From: an uncultured Methanosarcinales archaeon
Lineage (GTDB): Archaea; Nanobdellota; Nanobdellia; Woesearchaeales; JANQNQ01
NCBI GenBank assembly: GCA_964550525.1
Contig: CAZJZJ010000001.1
Span: forward strand, 36,860 to 100,859
Length of the DNA: 64,000 nucleotides
Reading direction: 5' to 3'
The position numbers were made by a program, and so were the translations under genes. Shown here piece by piece: positions 27,802-36,887 of the stretch (positions are counted from its first letter, which is position 1; each line of letters opens with the position of its first letter). The notes beneath the pieces are model-generated. The model searched no databases. It saw only the letters and a program-made list of their open reading frames with translations, and was not told the origin of the DNA.

Positions 27802-29013
27802 ATGAAAACCGGGGGTTTAGTTAACTTATTTGAAAAATTCTTAGACAGACAACCGCTTTTTAGAAACAAAAGCATCCTGCAATCAGATTATGCACCAAAC
27901 AACATCATACACAGAGACCAACCAATAAAACAACTAGCAAACATACTTATGCCTTCTCTCAGATTAGATAAACCATCCAATGTTTTTGTGTATGGAAAAA
28001 CAGGGACAGGCAAAACATGTGTTGTTAATTACGTAACTGAACAGATGGTTGGTGTAGCCAATAAAAAAAACATTCCATTAAAAATCTTGTATCTGAACTG
28101 TAAATTAAAAAGAGTGGCTGACACCGAATATAGATTAATTGCGCAACTAACAAGGCAGCTTGGTAAAGAGGTTCCACCAACTGGTTTGCCTACAGATGAG
28201 ATATATAAAATCTTCTTTAAAACAATCGACTCAAAAAAACATCTTTATATTATTGTACTAGATGAAATAGACCAACTAATAAAAAAAGCAGGCGACGAGA
28301 TTCTATACAACCTGACTCGGATAAACACTGCGCTAGAGAACTCACAAGTATCTATTGTTGGTGTGTCTAATGATCTCTTTTTTACCCAAAACATTGATCC
28401 TAGAGTAAAGTCGTCTCTATCTGAAGAAGAGATTGTTTTTCGACCCTACAACGCCTTACAGCTGCAAGATATATTAAGACAACGAGTTTTGGATGCCTTT
28501 AAGGAAGGTACAGTCTCAACTGGTGTAGTAGAAAAATGTGCAGCCTATGCTGCAAGGGAGCACGGTGACGCTAGACGGGCTATAGAGCTTATGCGTGTCG
28601 CAGGGGAAATTGCAGAAAGGGAAAACAAGGAAAACGTTGATCTTGAACACATAGACAAAGCAGAAGAAAAAATTGAACGTGATAGGACCATAGACACAAT
28701 AAGTGTGCAACCCAAACAATACCAGGCAATTTTATATGGTGTGGTGTTGCTTTCAGCACAGCAAAGGAAAGAGGGAATTTCAACTGGTGAAGTTTATACA
28801 ATTTATCAAAATCTATGCACAAAGTGCGGCCTGAGACCTCTTACTCAGCGTAGAGTTACAGATATAATCGGGGAGTTTGATATGCAGGGCATAATAAATG
28901 CGAAAACTGTTTCAAAAGGAAGATATGGCAGGACAAGAGAGATTTCTTTGGCAGTGTTAGAAACAACAGTGCCGAAAATAAAGAAAATTATTGAAGCCTC
29001 GCTTAACCTTTGA
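27802..29013 (+). CDS. cdc6: Orc1/Cdc6 replication initiator
   Basis: It has an AAA+ module (Walker A YGKTGTGKTCVV, Walker B IIVLDEIDQL, sensor motifs) and a C-terminal winged helix, in 403 aa. Confidence 0.9.
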   Translation: MKTGGLVNLFEKFLDRQPLFRNKSILQSDYAPNNIIHRDQPIKQLANILMPSLRLDKPSNVFVYGKTGTGKTCVVNYVTEQMVGVANKKNIPLKILYLNCKLKRVADTEYRLIAQLTRQLGKEVPPTGLPTDEIYKIFFKTIDSKKHLYIIVLDEIDQLIKKAGDEILYNLTRINTALENSQVSIVGVSNDLFFTQNIDPRVKSSLSEEEIVFRPYNALQLQDILRQRVLDAFKEGTVSTGVVEKCAAYAAREHGDARRAIELMRVAGEIAERENKENVDLEHIDKAEEKIERDRTIDTISVQPKQYQAILYGVVLLSAQQRKEGISTGEVYTIYQNLCTKCGLRPLTQRRVTDIIGEFDMQGIINAKTVSKGRYGRTREISLAVLETTVPKIKKIIEASLNL

Positions 29014-29028
29014 TCAGAACTTCTGCAT

Positions 29029-30657
29029 GTGTATGTATATAAAATGTTGGATTTAAAAACAGAGCAAAAAAGGAAAGAAATAATCAGGTTTTTCATCAAG
29101 AATAACCTGTTAATTAGTCAGGATTTTCTTGATGACTTAAGCGAGGCAGATATCTTGGAATCTAATCAGGGGTTGTTAGATTTAGCAAAACAAAAAGATG
29201 CTCTGGTTTTAGACAAAGCCCTAAGAAGTAACTTTAGTAAGAATTCTGGTGCCGGGGTTTGTTGGAGAGAGCTTGAAAAATCAAAAACATACAAAGATCT
29301 TGGAAGAGATAACAAATCATATAGCCATTTTGTTGATTATTTGCTTGAACATCAAGATACACAGGCAGTTCATGGTGACATAGAAAATATTGAGCAAAAC
29401 AAGAAGGTCCAAATTATCTCCTCTTACGAAGGAAAAAGTAGGAAAATTGGTGTGCAAGATTTTGTTCAACATTTAAACCTTAGATATAGGTTTTTAGAGG
29501 GGGTCCTTTCAAAAAGACAAGAACTAACAAATATTCTTTCTGTCTCGCGCGTTTTACAAAAAAAAGAAAGAGAAACAGTTTCAATAATTGGCGTGGTAGA
29601 AAGTATGCAATATACTAAAAACAACAACATCATTTTGAACCTAGAAGACCCCACAGGTAAGATTAAGGTATTGGTCAACCAAAATAAACCAGAACTATTT
29701 GAACAAGCGCAAACAATTGTGCCTGATGAGGTTATAGCTGTTATAGGGGTAAATGGCGATAATATCGTCTTTTCTAACAATATTCTTTGGCCAGAGGTAC
29801 CCTTAAATCGTGAACTTAAGAAGTCACCTGAAGAAGAATATGCCTTGTTTTTATCAGATCTGCATATTGGGTCAAACAATTTCTTACCCAGGGAATTTGA
29901 TAAGTTTATTAGCTGGATGAACCAGACGGTTGGCAATGAAACACAAAGAGAAATATCTAAAAAAGTAAAATACGTCTTTATTGTTGGAGATCTTGTTGAT
30001 GGTGTTGGCATTTATCCTGGGCAAGAAGAAGAGCTTGTTATTAACGATGTTAAACAGCAGTACGCAGAATGTGCGAGATATCTAAAACAGATTCCCTCAG
30101 ATGTTGCGATTATCATCTGCCCTGGCAACCATGATGCGCAAAGAATATCAGAACCACAGCCGGCGTTAAGAAAAGAGTTTGTAGAACCTTTGTTAGAATT
30201 ACCGAACGTTACTCTTGTAAGCAACCCAGCCTATGTTTGTATAGGAAAAACAGAAGATTTCTCTGGTTTTGTTGTTTTGTTGTATCATGGTTTTTCATTT
30301 GACTATTATGTTGCAAATGTGGATTATATCAGGGCACATGGTGGTTATGATCGAGCAGACGTTATCATGAAATTTCTTTTACGAAAAAGGCACCTTGCAC
30401 CTACACACACGTCTAGTTTATATCAACCAGACCTTACATCAGATAATCTTGTGATCACTCAGATTCCCGATTTTTTTGTCACAGGACATATACATAAGTC
30501 CGTTATTTCACACTACCGTAATATCACTTTAATCTCTGGCTCATGTTGGCAAAGTAAAACATCTTTCCAACAAAAAGTAGGGCATAACCCTGAGCCCGCA
30601 AGAGTTCCTTTAGTAAACCTACAAACAAGAGAAGCCAAAATATTACGGTTCGGTTAA
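29029..30657 (+). CDS. polB: DNA polymerase II (PolD) small subunit DP1 (calcineurin-like phosphoesterase/exonuclease)
   Basis: The MPP-fold motifs are present: LFLSDLHIGSN, FIVGDLVDGVG, ICPGNHDA and GHIHK. It lies immediately downstream of cdc6. Confidence 0.85.
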   Translation: MYVYKMLDLKTEQKRKEIIRFFIKNNLLISQDFLDDLSEADILESNQGLLDLAKQKDALVLDKALRSNFSKNSGAGVCWRELEKSKTYKDLGRDNKSYSHFVDYLLEHQDTQAVHGDIENIEQNKKVQIISSYEGKSRKIGVQDFVQHLNLRYRFLEGVLSKRQELTNILSVSRVLQKKERETVSIIGVVESMQYTKNNNIILNLEDPTGKIKVLVNQNKPELFEQAQTIVPDEVIAVIGVNGDNIVFSNNILWPEVPLNRELKKSPEEEYALFLSDLHIGSNNFLPREFDKFISWMNQTVGNETQREISKKVKYVFIVGDLVDGVGIYPGQEEELVINDVKQQYAECARYLKQIPSDVAIIICPGNHDAQRISEPQPALRKEFVEPLLELPNVTLVSNPAYVCIGKTEDFSGFVVLLYHGFSFDYYVANVDYIRAHGGYDRADVIMKFLLRKRHLAPTHTSSLYQPDLTSDNLVITQIPDFFVTGHIHKSVISHYRNITLISGSCWQSKTSFQQKVGHNPEPARVPLVNLQTREAKILRFG

Positions 30658-30663
30658 GAGAAG

Positions 30664-33600
30664 ATGGCAGCAGAATCAAAAAAACTTAGCAATTATTTCT
30701 TATCCTTAGATGCAGAACTAAAAAAAGCATATAAAATTGCGTCTGCAGCAAGAAAAAAAGGCCTAGACCCTGAAGACAAAGTTGATGTACCTCTTGCTAG
30801 GAACATGGCACAAAGAGTTGAGGGTCTTGTTTCAGATATGATCCCACAACTAGTCAACACAGGTATGACTAAACGCATAGGCGAACTGGAAAAAGCGTAT
30901 AGCAAACTAGATTGGAGAGTTGCACTCAAAATTGCAGAAGAGGTAGCTAAAGGTAAATTCTGTAAATTTAAAGATAAAAAAGAAGCCATGGAAGCAGGTA
31001 TAAGAACCGGTTTCTCTTACATGACTCAAGGCATAGTGTCTGCACCGCTTGAAGGTTTTATTGGTCTTGAAATAAAAAAACGTAGAGATAGTAAGGGGCA
31101 GTACCTATCAGCTTGTTATGCTGGTCCAATAAGGGGTGCAGGTGGAACAGGTGCAGCATTTTCTATTGTACTAACTGATTATATCCGTTCAGTTATGGGC
31201 TATAGTAGGTATGATCCTTCTGAGCATGAAATAAAAAGGTTTGTTTCCGAGATCTACGACTATCATGAACGTGTAACAAACCTACAATACCTACCAACAC
31301 CAGAAGAAATAGAATTCCTAAGTCAAAAACTTCCTGTTGAAGTGAGTGGAGATCCGACAGAAGAGATTGAAGTTTCAAACTATAAGGATCTGCCTAGGGT
31401 TAAAACCAACCGGATTCGTGGGGGCATGTGTCTTGTAATGGCAGAAGGGCTTGCACAGAAAGCACCAAAATTATGGAAACGGTTGGTCAAATGGGGCAAA
31501 GAATATGGTTTAGATTGGTCATTTTTAGAGGCTTTCTTGATTTTACAAAAAAAGATTAAAGCAAAAAGTGATAAAACAGTGGAAGGAGAAACTAAGATAA
31601 CTCCGAACTATACTTTTATTAAAGACATTGTTGCGGGTAGGCCTGTATTAACACACCCTATGGCCCTTGGCGGGTTTAGGTTAAGGTATGGCCGTAATAG
31701 GTTATCTGGTTTTTCTGCTGCCTCAATCCATCCAAATACAATGAGGGTATTAAACAGCTATATTGCTACAGGCACACAATTAAAAATTGAAAGGCCAGGA
31801 AAAGGAGCAGCACTTACTCCATGCGATACAATAGAACCGCCTATAGTCAAATTAAATGATGGTAGCGTCATTAAATTAGATTCAGAACAAAAGCTTAGAG
31901 ACAACAAAAAAAAGATTAAAGAGATTTTATTCCTAGGAGATATCTTATTTAATTATGGAGATTTTTCAGAGAATGGGCAACGGCTTGCCCCTGCAGGGTA
32001 TTGTAAGGAATGGTGGGTTCAGGAGCTGGAAAAGTCAATAGTAACCACCTTTGGCAGCCTTGACCTAGAAAAAACATCAGGGTTTGCTGGGGTGGAAACA
32101 AAAGTTGTTCAAGACGTAATAGACCACCCATTAACCCACAACATTGGATCTAAGCAGGCTTTTGCGATCTCTACTAAGATGGGTTTGCCATTACACCCCT
32201 TACACACATACTACTGGAACTCTATACAAATAAAACAACTGGGTTCTTTATTAAACTGGTTTAGTAAAGCAAATCTGGTTGATGAGAAAGCCACCAATAT
32301 AAAACTGATCTTGCCCTTGGATAGAGAGCCTAAGCGCATACTTGAGCTTGTAGGAGTCCCGCATTTAGTGGTTTCTTCAGAATATATTGTTATTCTAGGG
32401 GAGGCCCTAATGTCTTTATTATTCAATCTCGGTTTTGAATCTGGGATTGCGGTTAAAGCTGCGATTGAAAAAGTTGCAAAACTAGATGGTAACCAGAAAA
32501 CCATTAATGCAATTAATCTGTTGGCAAATGTAAAGGTCAATGATCTATGTGGAACTTTTGTTGGGGCCAGAATGGGTAGACCTGAAAAAGCAAAAATGCG
32601 GAAACTTACAGGCAACCCGCAGGTTCTTTTCCCTGTTGGTGATCAAGGAGGTAGACTAAGGAGTTTTCAAGCAGCGATGGAAACAGGCAAGATCAAAGCA
32701 GATTTTCCGCTTTTTCGTTGTGATAAATGCAATAAGGATACAATATACAAAACATGTGAACATTGTGGGAAGAAAGCAAAACCAAAATTTTTCTGCCCAA
32801 TATGTGGGATAATTGACTCTGAAACCTGCCCCAAACATGGTAAAACAAAAACGCACGCCAGACAAGAGATAGATATTAAATATTATTTCAATTCTGCATT
32901 AGGTAAATTAGGTATGAATACCTATCCAGATTTAATAAAGGGTGTGAGGGGTACATCAAATAAGGACCATATCCCGGAAAACCTAACAAAAGGCATACTG
33001 CGTGCAAAACATAGTGTGTACGTGAACAAAGACGGTACAACAAGGTATGATATGTCAGAATTACCAATAACTCATTTCAAACCAAAAGAGATTGGTACAC
33101 CTTTAGATAGGTTAAAACAACTTGGTTATACTCACGATATTAATAATAAACCACTTATTGACGTAGAGCAGATTCTTGAGATCTTCCCTCAGGATGTAAT
33201 TCTTCCATCAGGTACACAGACCACAGATGAATCTGCAGATGTGGTTTTGTTGCGTGTTGCAGCGTTATAGATGAGTTACTTGTAAAGCATTATAATCTAC
33301 AGCCATATTATGGGATAAAAAATAAGTCTGATCTTGTTGGACAAGTTATACTTGGTCTAGCACCACATATCTCTGCAGCAACTGTTGGAAGGATAATTGG
33401 TTTTTCAGAAACACAAGGCTGTTTTGCACACCCCCTTTGGCATGCAGCCTTAAGAAGAGACTGTGATGGCGACGAGTGCAGTGTGATTTTGTTAATGGAT
33501 ACTTTACTTAATTTTTCTAGACAATACTTACCTGATAAACGTGGTGGGAGGACAATGGACAGCCCATTGGTACTAACTTCCAAGGTTGTGCCATCCGAAG

Positions 33601-34214
33601 TAGATGACCAGGTTCTTGGTTTAGATGTAACTTGGAAATATTCTTTGGATTTTTACCAAGCCACATTAAACAAAAAGTTTCCATGGGAGATAAAGGTCGA
33701 ACAACTTAATTCAAGAGTTGATACAGAAAAACAGTACGAGAAGATTGGTTTTACCCACGATACTAGCAATGTAAACTCAGGCATTAATTGTTCAGCATAT
33801 AAGACTTTACCAAGTATGAGAGAAAAACTCGAAGGGCAGATGGAGATAGCAACAAGAATTCGAGCCGTTGACGAAAAAGATGTAGCCAGGTTGGTTATAG
33901 AAAAACATTTTCTAAGAGATATTAAAGGCAACCTACGGAAGTTTTCTCAGCAGAAGTTTCGTTGTGTAAAATGTAATGAAAAGTATCGTAGACCACCACT
34001 TATTGGAAAATGTACTGCTTGTGGCGGTAAGATTATTTTTACTATCTCAAAAGGCTCTATTGAGAAGTACCTCGGACCAAGTATTGAGCTTGCTGAAAAA
34101 TTTGATCTGCCACCTTACCTTAAACAAACGTTAGAGCTTACTAAAACCAGGATAGAAGGGGTATTTGGTAAGGAAAAGGAAGTGCAAAGCGGTTTAGGTG
34201 CGTGGTGTGGTTAG
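30664..34214 (+). CDS. polC: DNA polymerase II (PolD) large subunit DP2, encoded in two frames and interrupted by an apparent -1 frameshift at ~33265-33270 (868-aa N-part in frame 1; C-part continues in the -1 frame)
   Basis: The N-part (30664..33270) has DP2-like sequence throughout and ends ...DVVLLRVAAL*. The -1 frame is open from 33231 and reads SVIDELLVKHYNLQPYYGIKNKSDLVGQVILGLAPHISAATVGRIIGFSETQGCFAHPLWHAALRRDCDGDECSVILLMD, which is the conserved DP2 catalytic segment with the Asp triad motif. A single-base slip at TTA|TAG restores an uninterrupted ~1183-aa DP2 of normal length. Confidence 0.85.
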
Positions 34215-34220
34215 TGGGTT

Positions 34221-34493
34221 TTAATATCTAATCTCAAAACAAGAGAATTCTTTTTTGTATTCTTGTTTTTTAGTACTTATACCATCTACCATTGCATGTT
34301 CTGGACCGTGTTCACAGAATTTAATTAGTTTTCGTAATTTGTCCTCTGATCCTTCTGCAACAACCTCAACTTTGCCATCCATTGTATTTTTAACAAAACC
34401 ATGAAGTCCTAATTTCTTAGCAATCTTGTCTACATTATATCTAAAAAATACTCCTTGTACTTTACCAGAAATAAGTAGGTGTACTCGTTTCAT
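34221..34493 (-). CDS. acyP: Acylphosphatase
   Basis: The acylphosphatase signature ISGKVQGVFFR is followed by GFVKNTMDGKVEVVAEG, in 90 aa. Confidence 0.8.
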   Translation of the reverse strand: MKRVHLLISGKVQGVFFRYNVDKIAKKLGLHGFVKNTMDGKVEVVAEGSEDKLRKLIKFCEHGPEHAMVDGISTKKQEYKKEFSCFEIRY

Positions 34494-34507
34494 TTTCTGT
34501 TTTTAAT

Positions 34508-34810
34508 TTAACTTTCTTTGACAATAACAATCTGGATGTGCGGTATACCTGCGATCTTTATTACTCTATCTTTATCAACCAAACCTCGTTTTTCGCAAAA
34601 AGCAACACTCTCTTTTCCAACAACATTTAATGCATTTGCATTTTTGATTATTTCTTCTAATTCTGCTTCAGTGGTTTTTTCTCCATTATAAAAAGAAGAC
34701 GTAAGGTCTAACTGCAGTTTACCTTTTTCAAACTTTTTACCCAAAAGATCATCATCGCAGATAGCAATAATGATTTTACCTTCAATGCTTTTATGTCTTT
34801 TAGCAATCAA
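34508..34810 (-). CDS. Conserved small archaeal protein (DUF424/COG2412-like), function unknown
   Basis: This 100-aa protein has the pattern IIIAICDDDLLGKKF typical of a small conserved archaeal family. The family name is from memory and not certain. Confidence 0.35.
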   Translation of the reverse strand: MIAKRHKSIEGKIIIAICDDDLLGKKFEKGKLQLDLTSSFYNGEKTTEAELEEIIKNANALNVVGKESVAFCEKRGLVDKDRVIKIAGIPHIQIVIVKES

Positions 34811-34825
34811 TGTGTATCCCGGGTT

Positions 34826-35236
34826 TTAGATTTTAGATTTTAAGCTGTGTCTAGCACCACAAGCATGACATTTAATAAATGTAAGATTACTCTCTTTAAT
34901 AATTTTAGTATCAGGTTTTCCGCATTCTGGACACAGGACATATTGTCTTGCATACAATCTAATCTTATCGTTTATCTTTGACGCTGATACTTTAGTACCA
35001 ATAATCACGCTACCACTCTTTTTTATTTCGCCAGGTGCAGCAAGCTCTTTTAGAATAAACTTTAACATATGCTCTGCTGGTCTGCGTAGTTTCGTAGCTA
35101 TTTGTAAAAAGTTGCTCAATATGGTTCTGTTTCCTTGGAGATGTCCCATTACTTTAGGTATTTCAAACCTTTCAGAAGTGAATACTGCTTTTGGGAGATT
35201 CTTCCTTCCATCTTCTAACATCTTCTTATAATCCAT
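34826..35236 (-). CDS. eif2b: Translation initiation factor 2 beta subunit (aIF2-beta)
   Basis: It has the eIF2-beta/eIF5 domain and a C-terminal C4 zinc ribbon (CPECGKPDT...CHACGA), in 136 aa. Confidence 0.8.
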   Translation of the reverse strand: MDYKKMLEDGRKNLPKAVFTSERFEIPKVMGHLQGNRTILSNFLQIATKLRRPAEHMLKFILKELAAPGEIKKSGSVIIGTKVSASKINDKIRLYARQYVLCPECGKPDTKIIKESNLTFIKCHACGARHSLKSKI

Positions 35237-35333
35237 TTTAGTGAGTGTAATTTTAGAAGGTATTTAAACTCTTCGTTTTTTAATATTGTCTTTTTCAAAA
35301 AGTATTTAAATACAGAAACCCAGAATCAGGTAT

Positions 35334-36185
35334 ATGGTATTAGAATCATTACTAAATCCGGTCAAAGCAGAGAAAAGACCATGGGATGCTTTTTTCTTAG
35401 GTTTGCTATACTCAACTATTGCCATATTCCTATCGTTGTGGGTATTTCCTGACCAAGCTAGTTTAATTTCAGTTTTTCTTATAGTATTAGGAAGTGTACC
35501 ATTGGTCTTGGGAACAATTAGGTTAGAAGAAAAGAAAGATCTGGTGATAGAAAGCGAAAGAGCTATATTAAAAGAACATAGTAAAGCACTATTTTTCTTA
35601 ATTATCTTGTTTCTCGGATTTACAGTTGCATTTGCGTTCTGGTATACGGTTTTGCCTCAGAAAACAGTTAGTCTAGTATATAGTGTACAAGAGCGTACTA
35701 TCCTTAGTATAAACAATCGTGTCTCAGGACAACCAGTGTTTCTTTTTAATTCGTTTACTGCTATACTTATGAATAATCTCAGGGTACTTACATTTTGCGT
35801 GTTGTTTGCCTTTTTGTATGGGGTTGGTGCAATATTTATTCTAACATGGAATGCGTCTGTGGTGGGTGCAGCTATAGGTAACTTTATTCGCACTAAATTA
35901 AGCTATTACACTCAGAGTGTAGGCGCTTTATCCTTAGGGCACTATTTCCAAGCAACTACCCTAGGTTTGTTACGTTATATAGTGCATGGTTTGCCTGAGA
36001 TGCTAGCTTATTTTGTAGGTGGCTTAGCAGGAGGAATAATTTCCATTGCAATAATTAGACATGATTTTAGAACAAGGAAGTTTGAAAAAATACTTTTTGA
36101 TTCATCTGAGTTAGTATTGTTGGCAATCGTTATCCTTGTAATTGCTGCAACAATCGAAGTATATGTTACACCTCTTTTATTCTAG
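35334..36185 (+). CDS. DUF95/SpoIIM-like polytopic membrane protein
   Basis: About 6 TM helices are predicted, with an N-terminal RPWDAFFLGLLYSTIAIFLS pattern typical of SpoIIM-family membrane proteins. Confidence 0.5.
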   Translation: MVLESLLNPVKAEKRPWDAFFLGLLYSTIAIFLSLWVFPDQASLISVFLIVLGSVPLVLGTIRLEEKKDLVIESERAILKEHSKALFFLIILFLGFTVAFAFWYTVLPQKTVSLVYSVQERTILSINNRVSGQPVFLFNSFTAILMNNLRVLTFCVLFAFLYGVGAIFILTWNASVVGAAIGNFIRTKLSYYTQSVGALSLGHYFQATTLGLLRYIVHGLPEMLAYFVGGLAGGIISIAIIRHDFRTRKFEKILFDSSELVLLAIVILVIAATIEVYVTPLLF

Positions 36186-36881
36186 AATCTTTACTCTACC
36201 TGGGCGTATTGTAAACAGGTCTCCTCGTTTCAAGAGCATATCCAATACTTCTTCAGAATTAGTAACATCGCTCCCCTTCTTAACCTCTTCAATATCAGCA
36301 CCATCCCCTGAATCAAGTTCTTTAATAGTCTGAATTACCTTTTCAATACTAGTTGTTTCAACCTTCTCATTAGTATCATCTGTAATTATTTCCTCTTTTG
36401 AAGCATCTAACAGGGCATTGTCCTGATGTTGTACATTAATCTCTTCTTGGTTTATTCTCGGGAGTTTACTATATATCTTCATGTGCTCAAGCTTTCTTAC
36501 TTCAATCCATTTTTTATCTTTTATCTGTTTTATTATCTCCGGTACAATATACTTCTCTGAACCATACTCTCTTGGTCTACCAATAACCGCGATCATATCT
36601 CCTATTTGTAATATGCTTAACATCTTATTCTCTTCAAAAGATCTTAACCCAATTTTACCAGAACCATCATCAATTATTACTGTTTCCTGTTTACCAGCTT
36701 CACCTGTTTGTATTTTCTCTAAAACAACGCCCACTAAATTAACTCTAGAAACTCTTAGATTGTATGGTGTAATAACATAATTTGGTTTCCACCCATCTTC
36801 AACAACATAGTTGCCTTCAAGCAAATCCTTAATCTTAATCTTATAAGCAGTTTGTCTTTTATTATTCTCTGGCATAGTCAT
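36177..36881 (-). CDS. OB-fold protein with a C-terminal winged helix, RPA32-like ssDNA-binding candidate; immediately downstream of mcm on the same strand (6-nt spacer)
   Basis: The N-terminal ~120 aa has an OB-fold-like beta pattern (LVGVVLEKIQTGEAG..VIIDDGSGKIGLRSFEE..IGDMIAVIGRPREYG). An acidic linker follows, then a C-terminal wH-like segment EEVLDMLLKRGDLFTIRPGRVKIL. The architecture matches RPA2/RPA32. This call is inference. Confidence 0.4.
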   Translation of the reverse strand: MTMPENNKRQTAYKIKIKDLLEGNYVVEDGWKPNYVITPYNLRVSRVNLVGVVLEKIQTGEAGKQETVIIDDGSGKIGLRSFEENKMLSILQIGDMIAVIGRPREYGSEKYIVPEIIKQIKDKKWIEVRKLEHMKIYSKLPRINQEEINVQHQDNALLDASKEEIITDDTNEKVETTSIEKVIQTIKELDSGDGADIEEVKKGSDVTNSEEVLDMLLKRGDLFTIRPGRVKILE

Positions 36882-36887
36882 TCCCTC

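Noticed and set aside
33271-33482. Possible intein or non-coding gap inside PolD DP2
   Set aside because: The gap translates in the -1 frame to conserved DP2 sequence (GLAPHISAATVGRIIGF...RRDCDGDE). No intein blocks are present. The total length matches an intein-free DP2.
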